From the NCBI GenBank assembly GCA_038823825.1, contig JAWBCC010000003.1, forward strand, positions 101,441-133,440: a DNA stretch of 32,000 nt, given 5' to 3'. The stretch comes from Candidatus Hadarchaeales archaeon (GTDB lineage Archaea; Hadarchaeota; Hadarchaeia; Hadarchaeales; Hadarchaeaceae). Every line of letters begins with the position of its first letter. Within the stretch, counting starts at the first letter, position 1. The notes below the pieces were generated by a model. That model did not search any database. It was not told the DNA's origin and saw only the letters and a program-made list of their open reading frames with translations. The position numbers and the translations under genes were made by a program. Shown here piece after piece: positions 1 through 8,382 of this stretch.

Positions 1-450
1 GGCTTTATCTGCGGGAATCTTCCCCTCTCCAACAAGCTTACTTTTCGCCACCCCGAGAGTAGGCCTATCGATCACAACGCCAAGATGGCAGGCCAGCCCA
101 GCTCTTCTCGGATGCGCGAGCCCCTGTGCTCCAACCATATAAACATCCGCTTCCCTGCCAGTCAAAACTTTCAGAAGTCCCTCGAGTTCTCTGAATGCAA
201 GGAATGTCGGAATGTAGGGAAATGTTAGCTTGACAGGTGCGATTTTCTCCTCCAAATCTTCAAGCGTCCTGTAATCCAGCACTACGCAGGCCGCATAAGC
301 CTTATCACCTCTGCTGAACGAGATGTCGCAACCTGCAATTCTCTCGATTTTAGAAAAATCGTTTTCTCTTTTCACGAGCTGGGCAACCTTTAGCTGTATC
401 TGCTTTAGCTCCTCCAGATTTAGACTCTTCGGTTTGAGCAACGGTAACAT
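1..450 (-). CDS. nfi: Endonuclease V, partial (C-terminus lies off the left edge)
   Basis: Manual reverse-strand translation from ATG at 450 is open for 150 codons to the window edge. It contains IAGCDISFS, YIPTFLAFRE, VYMVGAQGLAHPRRAGLACHLGVVIDRPTLGVAKSKLVG, which are endonuclease V motifs. It is absent from the ORF track because it is truncated. Confidence 0.93.
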   Translation of the reverse strand, partial: MLPLLKPKSLNLEELKQIQLKVAQLVKRENDFSKIERIAGCDISFSRGDKAYAACVVLDYRTLEDLEEKIAPVKLTFPYIPTFLAFRELEGLLKVLTGREADVYMVGAQGLAHPRRAGLACHLGVVIDRPTLGVAKSKLVGEGKIPADKA

Positions 451-525
451 CTCAAAAACATCCTCATTCGGGCGTATTTAGCTATCGCGAAGATATTAAT
501 TCTTCCAAATTCCAAGTTTATCCCG

Positions 526-714
526 ATGAGGCTGAAAGGACCGAAGTGCATGATCTGTGGGGAGAAGATACAGATAATGAGTATGGACTCGGCCTACGTG
601 AAGTTTGTTAGACCTGGCGAAGCCAAAGGAATCTTCATCTGCTGGAAGTGTGCTGAAAAGGAGTTCGGCGAAGTCCTGCAGGATATCCTGACAAAGGTCG
701 CTGGTAAGGGGTGA
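526..714 (+). CDS. Small zinc-ribbon-like protein (62 aa)
   Basis: CMIC...CWKC pair of CxxC motifs. It overlaps the next ORF by 4 nt (GTGA), consistent with translational coupling. Confidence 0.65.
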   Translation: MRLKGPKCMICGEKIQIMSMDSAYVKFVRPGEAKGIFICWKCAEKEFGEVLQDILTKVAGKG

Positions 715-1796
715 TCTCCTTGACGGTCACTCCCCAAGATCACATCCTGATGACCCTAGCCATCAAAAGGATAGGAAAATTCGTAGATCTCGAACACATA
801 AGGGAAAAGCTCTGCAGGGACGGAGGAAGGGATTTCTCTCTGGAAGAGACGAAGATGCTTTTAGATTCATTGATCGGAAAGGGTCTCGTGCAGGAGAAAG
901 GAGGGGAGTACGCTCTCACGGAAAAGGGCCGCGACTTTTTCGAGAAAAGATGGAGAGAAGTTAAAGATCATCTGAATCAAGACTATCTAAAGGTCTACCG
1001 GGCAAAGCGATATTACCCCCATGTTTCTAAAACCATCCTAGAGTTCTGCAAGGACAGATACGTTTCAGTTTTCAGGCTCTTTACAGACCGTGCCTGGCTT
1101 CAAAGGAAACTCGGTCCCCGCTGGATAACGATAAAGAGCGAGGACGACATACAATACTGGCTGGACATTCACGGCATCGATTTCATCCCCTACATTCACA
1201 GAATTGGAAGCGATAGGCCCGACTGGCTCGTCATAGATTTTGACGCCGGAAAGAAAGTAGAGTTCGAGCAGACGAAGAAGGTTGTCATGACAGCCGCCGA
1301 AGTTTTACATAATTACGGAATCGAGGTTGCGTTGAAGTTCAGCGGTTCCCGTGGCTTCCAGCTTTGGGCGGTTTTCGAGCCTCACGATCTGCCGACAGAT
1401 TACCAACCAAAAAAGCTGAAAACGGAACGCAGGGAACGAAACTTTTTCACCTTTTACTCGGATATCATAAGATTTGTCGAAAGCAGAGTAGCGAAAAAAC
1501 TCCCGAATCTCACAACCTCGGAAACGGCGAAAAAAGAAGAGAGGGAAGACAAAGTCCTCCTCGACGCCTCCATAATAAAGCCGATGGGAGACGTCAGGGC
1601 TCCCTATTCCATGCATCACCGAACTGGTCTCATTTCCATGCCAGTGGGTTTAGATGAGCTAGAGGAATTCGAACCCAAGCAGGCAGATCCAGATCTTGTC
1701 GTTCAGCGCTATAGGAAAAGGGGAAACGAATTTAAGCTCAAGCCTTGTGATGGTTCAAAGTTGTTCGAAGATTTGGTCAAATGGTGCAAAGAGTAA
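711..1796 (+). CDS. Archaeo-eukaryotic primase superfamily protein, LigD-Pol/PriS-like, with N-terminal winged-helix-like region
   Basis: RYYPHVSKTILEF...RPDWLVIDFDAG...VALKFSGSRGFQLWAVF...KVLLDASIIKPMGDVRAPYSMHHRTGLISMPV matches the AEP/LigD-Pol motif layout. GTG start at 711. Confidence 0.82.
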   Translation: MISLTVTPQDHILMTLAIKRIGKFVDLEHIREKLCRDGGRDFSLEETKMLLDSLIGKGLVQEKGGEYALTEKGRDFFEKRWREVKDHLNQDYLKVYRAKRYYPHVSKTILEFCKDRYVSVFRLFTDRAWLQRKLGPRWITIKSEDDIQYWLDIHGIDFIPYIHRIGSDRPDWLVIDFDAGKKVEFEQTKKVVMTAAEVLHNYGIEVALKFSGSRGFQLWAVFEPHDLPTDYQPKKLKTERRERNFFTFYSDIIRFVESRVAKKLPNLTTSETAKKEEREDKVLLDASIIKPMGDVRAPYSMHHRTGLISMPVGLDELEEFEPKQADPDLVVQRYRKRGNEFKLKPCDGSKLFEDLVKWCKE

Positions 1797-1849
1797 GACT
1801 TTCTAGATTATCCCTTTTCTTTCTGCATCGATTTCTAAAATCCAAATAG

Positions 1850-2126
1850 GAGGGCCCCCGCTGTTCCCCGACACACTAACCCCCGGCTTCATCGTTTGCC
1901 TTTTCGGCGCTCTCCGCCAGGTAACCCTCATGGCGGGGATTCCACGGGGACCTGATCGCCTGTTCCGCACAGGGGTTGTCTTCGGGTCATGGGCAGACGG
2001 TTCGCCACTTCCTCCCCGAAGGACCCGTCCGCGCGGTTTCTCGGCGGTCATAGCTCCAGTGTCTCCGCGGCCTTGCCCAGCGTTCATAAAAAATCCCGCT
2101 GCCCTCGTAGCCGCGGAACTCCCCTC
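1850..2126 (-). ncRNA. Candidate structured ncRNA (about 280 nt); class not determined
   Basis: Markedly GC-rich interval with no convincing ORF. Complementary segments: 1850-1854/2122-2126 (terminal), 1870-1874/2059-2063 (long-range), 2065-2071/2110-2116 (7 bp), 2078-2082/2097-2101, 1993-2000/2025-2032 (8 bp with one wobble that only pairs on the minus strand), 1959-1963/1969-1973, 1918-1922/1950-1954, 1906-1909/1915-1918. There is also a C(UUCG)G loop on the minus strand. Confidence 0.6.
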
Positions 2127-2205
2127 TCATCGCAAATAACCATATCTCACGCAAAGGGTATTAACTTAACGTTTCCAAGTTTATTATCTCACGAGGGGTG
2201 CGGTA

Positions 2206-4278
2206 ATGAAGAAGGTGTTCGTGATATGCGAAAAGCCGTCAGCTGTTCCTAAGATAGCTGAAGCGATAGCCGGGAGAAAGGTTACCCAGAAAGAGCTGAT
2301 GGGTATCCCATATTGCGAGTTTGAAAGAGACGGAAAGCTCTTCGTCGTCGCACCGGCGATGGGACATTTGTTTACTCTAAAAAGTATAAAGTCTCTCAAA
2401 GATTATCCGGTTTTTGACCTCAAATGGGTGCCCATCCATGAGGTCGAGAAAAACGCAAAAAATGCGGCTAGATTCATAAAAGCCCTGAGAGAGCTCTCAA
2501 AGAACGCAGAGGAGTTTATAAGTGCCTGTGATTTTGACGTCGAAGGAAGCGTTATTGCCTTCAACGTTCTCCGCTTCATCTGCGGGAGTGATGTCATATC
2601 CAAAGCGAGGAGGATGAAGTTCTCCACGCTCACCCGCGAAGAGTTAAAGAAATCTTTCGAGAATATGCTGCCCACATTAGACTTTGAAGTTATAAATGCC
2701 GGTCTCGCAAGACATTATCTCGACTGGTATTGGGGGATGAACGTCTCAAGATTTCTAAGCTCTGCAGCCGAGAAGGCTGGAAATAGATTTGTAAAGTTAT
2801 CGGCCGGTCGTGTTCAAACCCCCACTCTTAAAATCCTTCTCGATCGCGAGAGAGAAATAAAGAACTTTGTTTCGGTTCCCTTCTGGGTTTTGAAAGCCGT
2901 GATCGAAATCGGCGGGGAAGAGTTCATCGCTGAACATGAAACAGAAAAATTTTGGGAGAAAGAAAAAGCTGAGGAAGTCTACTCGGCATGCCTTGGGCAA
3001 CCGGCGAGGGTAGTCGAAGTCAAACGCAGAAAAATAAACAGAAATCCTCCACCTCCGTTTGATCTAGGAACGCTCCAGTCGGAGGCATACAGATGTTTTG
3101 GTTTCACACCTATGAGGACGCAGATGATCGCCCAAGATCTCTATCAAGCCGCGCTTATCAGTTATCCAAGAACGAGCAGCCAAAAGCTCCCCAGCTCGAT
3201 AGGCTACCGCGATATTCTACAGAGAATTGCGAAAATCTCACCAGACTACGCTGAAATCGCTCTAGATCTTCTGAGACAGCAAAAATTAGTCCCGGTCGAA
3301 GGTAAGAAAACGGACCCGGCGCATCCGGCCATATTTCCGACGGGCGAGCCACCTGAAGAGCTCCCAAGCACCCATCAAAAGCTGTATGACATGATCGTCC
3401 GCAGATTCCTCGCTGTTTTCAGCAAGCCCGCTATGCTCGAAAGCACGCATGCAGATTTGGACATAGGCGGTCAAAGGTTCTTCCTCCGCGGTCAAAGAAT
3501 ACTCGATCCAGGATGGCTTGAATCCTACGGAAAGTATGTTTCCTACGAGGAACAAATGATTCCGGAGATAGAGAAAGGCGAAGAGCTGAAAGTCAAGAAC
3601 ATTCTGTTGGAGGAAAGAAGGACACAACCGCCGCCCAGATTTAACCCAGCATCGCTCGTGAAAGAGATGGAGGCGCGCGGTCTCGGGACGGAGGCGACCA
3701 GAGGCCCCATTGTGCAAACCCTTTACCAGCGCGGGTATATTCAGGGTAGACAGATAACGGTTACACGGCTGGGGGAAACCGTGGTTGAAAGTCTTAGGAT
3801 ATGTCCGGCAATTCTGAGCGAGGAACTCACCGCCAGATTCGAGCGGGAGATGATGGAAATTCAGGAAGGAAAGGCAAATTGGGAAGACGTTGTCAAAAAA
3901 GCTGAGCGAGAACTCTCCACTTTGCTGGAAGAAATGAAAGCGAGGGAGAAAGAGGTCGGAGAGAGATTGATTGAGGCTTACAAGCTTGCCTTGAGAAAAT
4001 CCTTTGGAAAATGCCCAAAGTGTGGAAAAAATCTGAGAATGGTGATTGCACAAAAGAGCGGGAAGAGGTTTGTCGGCTGTGAGGGTTATCCATCCTGCGA
4101 CTTTTCTCTGCCACTACCTCAGCAGGGAAGCATAGAAATTCTAGATACTCCTTGCAAGATCTGTGGTTGGCCGGTCATTCTCGTGAGAAGAAGTGGCAAG
4201 CGACCTTACAGAACATGTTTGAACCCATCTTGTTCGTCGAAAAATCGCTTGAAGGATGTGTATAACCAGCAGGAATAA
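2206..4278 (+). CDS. topA: Type IA DNA topoisomerase with C-terminal zinc fingers
   Basis: VICEKPSAVPKIAEAI (Toprim), DFDVEGSVIAFN, ALISYPRTSSQKLP (active-site Tyr), FNPASLVKEMEARGLGTEATR, C-terminal CPKC...C and CKIC...C zinc fingers. Confidence 0.96.
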   Translation: MKKVFVICEKPSAVPKIAEAIAGRKVTQKELMGIPYCEFERDGKLFVVAPAMGHLFTLKSIKSLKDYPVFDLKWVPIHEVEKNAKNAARFIKALRELSKNAEEFISACDFDVEGSVIAFNVLRFICGSDVISKARRMKFSTLTREELKKSFENMLPTLDFEVINAGLARHYLDWYWGMNVSRFLSSAAEKAGNRFVKLSAGRVQTPTLKILLDREREIKNFVSVPFWVLKAVIEIGGEEFIAEHETEKFWEKEKAEEVYSACLGQPARVVEVKRRKINRNPPPPFDLGTLQSEAYRCFGFTPMRTQMIAQDLYQAALISYPRTSSQKLPSSIGYRDILQRIAKISPDYAEIALDLLRQQKLVPVEGKKTDPAHPAIFPTGEPPEELPSTHQKLYDMIVRRFLAVFSKPAMLESTHADLDIGGQRFFLRGQRILDPGWLESYGKYVSYEEQMIPEIEKGEELKVKNILLEERRTQPPPRFNPASLVKEMEARGLGTEATRGPIVQTLYQRGYIQGRQITVTRLGETVVESLRICPAILSEELTARFEREMMEIQEGKANWEDVVKKAERELSTLLEEMKAREKEVGERLIEAYKLALRKSFGKCPKCGKNLRMVIAQKSGKRFVGCEGYPSCDFSLPLPQQGSIEILDTPCKICGWPVILVRRSGKRPYRTCLNPSCSSKNRLKDVYNQQE

Positions 4279-4284
4279 ATCATC

Positions 4285-4293
4285 TTTATAAAA
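4285..4293 (+). promoter_or_regulatory. TATA-like box upstream of the DUF39/CBS gene
   Basis: TTTATAAAA about 25-30 nt upstream of GTG 4318. Confidence 0.5.
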
Positions 4294-4317
4294 TAACTCA
4301 TCCCAAGTAAAAGGGAG

Positions 4318-5829
4318 GTGATAGAAATAAAGAGGACCATCGCGGAGATAAACGAGAAAATCAAGCGAGGGGATGCCGTAATTCTCACGGCGGAAGAGAT
4401 GGTAGAATTGGTCAGGGAAAAAGGTGCCGAGGCAGCCGCAAAGGAAGTTGACGTTGTGACCACAGGAACATTCGGCCTCATGTGTAGTTCTGGAGCATTT
4501 CTAAACTTCGGTCACTCGGATCCTCCGATAAAATTCGGAGGAGGAGAAGTCTACCTGAATGACGTTCCGGCCTACGCTGGCCTAGCTGCAGTCGATGTGT
4601 ACATAGGTGCAACGGCTCTCTCCAGGAGCAAGGGCATTGAGTACGGCGGCGGCCACGTCATCGAGGATTTAGTCAGCGGGAGAGAGATAGAGTTGGAGGC
4701 CAAAGCATATGGGACCGACTGTTATCCGCGACGAGAAATAAAGCTTACGTTCACGATTCACGATCTGAACCAGGCGATCCTCTGTAACCCAAGAAATGCT
4801 TACCAGCGATACGTCGCAGCGACAAATTCAACAGACGAAACGCTTTACACATATATGGGCACGCTTCTTCCGAAATTCGGAAACGTGACATTTGCGGGAA
4901 CGGGTGAGCTTGGTCCGCTCGCGAAAGATCCGAACTACGAAACTATTGGAATCGGAACTAGGATTTTCTTAGCCGGTGCCCAGGGATATATAGTAGGCGA
5001 AGGAACGCAGCACGATCCAAAAAAGCAACGTGGAACGATAATGGTTGCTGGAGATCTAAAGCAGATGGATGCAAAATATCTACGTGGTGCGACAGTACAT
5101 AAGTACGGGACGTCGCTTTTTGTGGGAATCGGAATACCCATTCCGATTATCAGTGAGCGAGTTGCCGCATCTGCCGGAATCAGCGATGAGCAAATAATGA
5201 TAGATCTTCTAGACTATGGGGTTCCGAGACGGGAAAGGCCGATTATCAGGAAAGTCAGCTATGCTGAGTTAAAGTCCGGTAAAGTGGAGATTTACGGAAA
5301 GGATGTTCCCGTTAGCCCGCTTAGCAGCATAAAAATCTCGAGGGAGATTGCAGAGAAGCTTAAGGAGCTCATAGAAAAGGGAGAATTCTTGCTTTCCGAG
5401 CCCGTCGCAAGACTTTCGACGGAGAGGGAATTCAAACCAATGCGTCAGCCGGAAAGGGTTATTGTGGCCAAAGATTTGATGACGAGGGAGGTTATAACCT
5501 GCAAGCCGGAAACCCCGATAGCGGAGGCTGCAAGAATTCTAGCTAGGGGAGGCTTCGATCACTTACCAGTGGTAGACGACTCAGGGACCCTAGTTGGTAT
5601 TGTCACTTCTTGGGATCTAGCCATCTCTATAGGTTCTGGCAAAAACAAGGTTGCCGAGATAATGACGAGAAAGGTGATAACGGCCGTAGAGAATGAACCT
5701 ATCGAATCGGTCGCCAGAAAACTAGATGAGCATGGCATCTCGGGGGTCCCAGTTATTGACGCCTTCCGCAGGGTTGTTGGAATAATCACTACCGACGACA
5801 TCTCCAAGCTGATCGGGAAGAGGAGGTGA
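4318..5829 (+). CDS. Homocysteine biosynthesis protein (DUF39/HcyBio) with two C-terminal CBS domains
   Basis: GTFGLMCSSGAFLNFGHSDPPIKFGGGEVYLNDVPAYAGLAAVDVYIGAT, then a tandem CBS region (MTREVITCKPETPIAEAARIL..., IMTRKVITAVENEPIESVARKL). Resembles the MA1821 family. Confidence 0.9.
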   Translation: MIEIKRTIAEINEKIKRGDAVILTAEEMVELVREKGAEAAAKEVDVVTTGTFGLMCSSGAFLNFGHSDPPIKFGGGEVYLNDVPAYAGLAAVDVYIGATALSRSKGIEYGGGHVIEDLVSGREIELEAKAYGTDCYPRREIKLTFTIHDLNQAILCNPRNAYQRYVAATNSTDETLYTYMGTLLPKFGNVTFAGTGELGPLAKDPNYETIGIGTRIFLAGAQGYIVGEGTQHDPKKQRGTIMVAGDLKQMDAKYLRGATVHKYGTSLFVGIGIPIPIISERVAASAGISDEQIMIDLLDYGVPRRERPIIRKVSYAELKSGKVEIYGKDVPVSPLSSIKISREIAEKLKELIEKGEFLLSEPVARLSTEREFKPMRQPERVIVAKDLMTREVITCKPETPIAEAARILARGGFDHLPVVDDSGTLVGIVTSWDLAISIGSGKNKVAEIMTRKVITAVENEPIESVARKLDEHGISGVPVIDAFRRVVGIITTDDISKLIGKRR

Positions 5830-5833
5830 TTTC

Positions 5834-6235
5834 ATGAAAAAGAAAATTCTTCTGAAATATTCAGCAACGAAAGCAACGGAACCGGTGCTGGCTTCAGCTA
5901 TAAAAGAGACTGGACTCCTTGTCAACATCCTCTACGCGGACATCGACAGTTCCGGTGGAGAAATAATGATTTCTGTGGACGCACCTCAGCATGAGCTAGA
6001 AAGACTCCTTCAGAAACTCAGAGATTTGGGTGTTGAGGTGGAAGAGATCAGAAGAGTCATAAAGCTCGATGAGTCGCGCTGCGTTCATTGTGGCGCTTGC
6101 GTTTCGATATGTCCGACGCAAGCTTTACGTCTCACAAATGATTTCTCCTTGAAGCTTGATGAAGAAAAGTGCGTTTATTGTGAGGCATGCATTCCGACAT
6201 GCCCCATGAGAGCTCTCAAGATCGGGAGGTGGTAA
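5834..6235 (+). CDS. NIL domain / 2x[4Fe-4S] ferredoxin protein (MA1822-like)
   Basis: CVHCGACVSICPTQAL and CVYCEACIPTCPMRAL clusters after an N-terminal NIL-like domain. SD GGAGGTGAT just upstream. Confidence 0.9.
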   Translation: MKKKILLKYSATKATEPVLASAIKETGLLVNILYADIDSSGGEIMISVDAPQHELERLLQKLRDLGVEVEEIRRVIKLDESRCVHCGACVSICPTQALRLTNDFSLKLDEEKCVYCEACIPTCPMRALKIGRW

Positions 6236-6966
6236 CCTTTCTAACGGCGAGATGGAGACGAGGAGAAACAACTCTGCTCATTAAGGCTAAATCCAAAGAA
6301 GCGATTCTTGCAGCCATTGAGGCGGCTAAGCAAGCTAGATTCGAAATAGAAGGATACGTTCTGCGTTATCCCGAGTTCAGATATTCTCTCCATCCGCTGA
6401 AAATTAGGGACCCTGAGAAGCCAAAGGTGGTTTCTCTTATGTTGAGAGCAGCTGAAATCGCAGGTGTCGGACCTTTTGCAGCGGTAGCAGGAGCTATCGC
6501 TCAGGTTGCTTCCGTAGCAGCTTCCGAGGTGGGTGGGGCTATTGTTGAGAACGGTGGAGACATCTCGGCGTCCGGAAAATTCGATTTTTCGGTCGGAATC
6601 TTCGCCGGGGATTCTCCACTTTCGGGTACCATCGGCTTCAGGATAACAAGTGGAGATCTCCCAATCGGCATATGCACGAGTTCCGGAACCGTTGGTCATT
6701 CTATAAGTTTTGGTGTGGCAGACGCAGTTGTAGTAGTAGCAGACGAAGCCTCGGTTGCAGATGCGGCAGCAACTGCAATAGCAAATGAGGTGACAGGAGA
6801 AGACATCGAACAATCTATAAAAAATGGCTTGGAAAAAGCCGACGAGATAGACGAAGTAAGAGGGTGTCTAATAATTCGCGGAAAAATGGCTGGAATGAAA
6901 GGAAAGCTTCCCAAGCTTATTCCGACCGAAAGAAAAAGTGTTTTAAAAGAAATAGATTGGGTCTAA
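6229..6966 (+). CDS. UPF0280 family protein (ApbE-like fold)
   Basis: RWRRGETTLLIKAKS...YPEFRYSLHPL...GGDISASGKFDFSVGIFAGDSPLSGTIGFRI. The ORF track start at 6187 overlaps the ferredoxin gene by about 49 nt; GTG 6229 is preferred. Confidence 0.82.
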   Translation: MVTFLTARWRRGETTLLIKAKSKEAILAAIEAAKQARFEIEGYVLRYPEFRYSLHPLKIRDPEKPKVVSLMLRAAEIAGVGPFAAVAGAIAQVASVAASEVGGAIVENGGDISASGKFDFSVGIFAGDSPLSGTIGFRITSGDLPIGICTSSGTVGHSISFGVADAVVVVADEASVADAAATAIANEVTGEDIEQSIKNGLEKADEIDEVRGCLIIRGKMAGMKGKLPKLIPTERKSVLKEIDWV

Positions 6967-6969
6967 TCG

Positions 6970-7452
6970 GTGAATCAATTGGAAAACCGAAAATATCTTT
7001 TGATTTTTGTAGCCCTCGTCTTGGCAGGCTTATTGTGCTATTTCATTTTCAGGATTGGGCGCTCTAAAACTTCCGAAAATTTCCCAAGCTTTGTGGAAAG
7101 AATAGTAATAGTCAAAAGGGTGATCGACGGGGACACAATTGAATTAAACAACGGTGAGAGGGTAAGGCTTGTCGGAATAAACGCTCCAGAGCTTTACCAC
7201 GATCCTCCTGAGCCCGGGGCGTTAGAGGCTAAAGAATTCTTAGAAAACCTGTGTCCTCCTGGGTCAACAGTAGGTCTGAACGTTGACGACATGAAACCAC
7301 ATGATTTCTACGGCAGAACTCTGGCGGTCGTCTATGTGCTAGTGGATGGAAAATGGATAAACGCGAATGCGGAGCTGCTTAAGCACGGTTTTGCTGAAAT
7401 TTTATTCATTCCACCATCGGAGTTCAACCCATGGGAGTGGCTAGAGGATTAA
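6970..7452 (+). CDS. Membrane-anchored thermonuclease (SNase-like)
   Basis: N-terminal TM segment, then VKRVIDGDTIELNNGERVRLVGINAPE and DFYGRTLAVVYV. Confidence 0.9.
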   Translation: MNQLENRKYLLIFVALVLAGLLCYFIFRIGRSKTSENFPSFVERIVIVKRVIDGDTIELNNGERVRLVGINAPELYHDPPEPGALEAKEFLENLCPPGSTVGLNVDDMKPHDFYGRTLAVVYVLVDGKWINANAELLKHGFAEILFIPPSEFNPWEWLED

Positions 7453-8330
7453 AAAATTGTGCCTGCCATGAAAGAGAGCAGACCGAAAAACATCCCGAGT
7501 TTACAATAGTTTGAGGCCATCGCTGCAGATTTCTTTGTTTGGGCTTTCACAATTTCACCTATGGCCGTGATGAAAGCGAACAACGACATCGGTAAAAAGA
7601 GAACGTAACCTGTTCTCAATATGCCGCAAACAAGCGGTAAGGGAGACAAGCAGATGGCAACAAGAACAAATATACTGGCAACGGCCGCACCAGTTCTTTT
7701 ACCATATCTTATTGGAAATGTTTCTAATCCCAGTCTTTTATCTCCCTCGAAATCCTGGATGGATTTTATGATTTCCCTTCCAACAGTCGAGAAGAAAGAT
7801 AGAAGAACAAGCAAAAGCAAGGACGCCGGTAGAAACTCTTGTCTGAAAGGATAGAGTGCAATCCCGCCGAAAAGAAATGTGGATCCAACGAGATATCCGA
7901 TCGTAATGTTGCCTGGCAATCCGGTTCGCTTGAGTCGGGCCGAGTATGCTACAAGCATGAGAGCGTTGAATCCGGCTAAAAGCAAGCATGGCATGTTTCT
8001 CATGAGCGTGGCGGTCGCAAATCCAGTGAGAAATAGAATCTTGGAGATTTTAACAGCTTCAGCCGGCTTTATTTTTCCAGAAGGTATTGGTCTATCCGGC
8101 CTGTTGATCTTGTCGATCTTCCTGTCGAAGAAATCGTTGATGGCGTTTCCGCCTCCCGAAATCATAAACGCGGTCAAAAAGGCGAGCAGGTAGAAATACC
8201 AGTCTGCTTTACCTCCGGCTACAAAAGCTCCGATGATGACAGCTATGCCCGCCAGCAGACAGTTCAGCGGTCGTATGAGCTTCAAGCCAGCAGATAGTTT
8301 CTCGATTTTTGACGGAATATGTTCACCCAC
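7449..8330 (-). CDS. UbiA-family prenyltransferase, digeranylgeranylglyceryl-phosphate-synthase-like
   Basis: GGNAINDFFDRKIDKINRPDRPIPSGKI, SIQDFEGDKRLGLETFPI, multiple TM segments. Confidence 0.9.
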   Translation of the reverse strand: MGEHIPSKIEKLSAGLKLIRPLNCLLAGIAVIIGAFVAGGKADWYFYLLAFLTAFMISGGGNAINDFFDRKIDKINRPDRPIPSGKIKPAEAVKISKILFLTGFATATLMRNMPCLLLAGFNALMLVAYSARLKRTGLPGNITIGYLVGSTFLFGGIALYPFRQEFLPASLLLLVLLSFFSTVGREIIKSIQDFEGDKRLGLETFPIRYGKRTGAAVASIFVLVAICLSPLPLVCGILRTGYVLFLPMSLFAFITAIGEIVKAQTKKSAAMASNYCKLGMFFGLLSFMAGTIF

Positions 8331-8382
8331 CCCTCTCTCCCCGCAAATAACTTAAGAGTTATCCCGGAGCTTCTACCAGACG

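Noticed and set aside
1850-2126. Definite naming of the upstream-topA element as RNase P RNA or SRP RNA
   Set aside because: Canonical conserved sequences (RNase P CR-I/CR-V, SRP helix 8 motifs) were not found by eye. Only size and rough topology match, so the class is left open.
1803-2139. Small ORFs in the interval upstream of topA (1803-2087 -, 1930-2139 +, 1989-2252 +)
   Set aside because: Arg/Pro/Gly-rich translations typical of spurious ORFs in GC-rich sequence. The complementarity pattern is a better explanation for the region.
3286-4053. 255-aa antisense ORF inside topA
   Set aside because: The sense strand encodes an unambiguous topoisomerase with conserved motifs; the antisense translation shows no family motifs.
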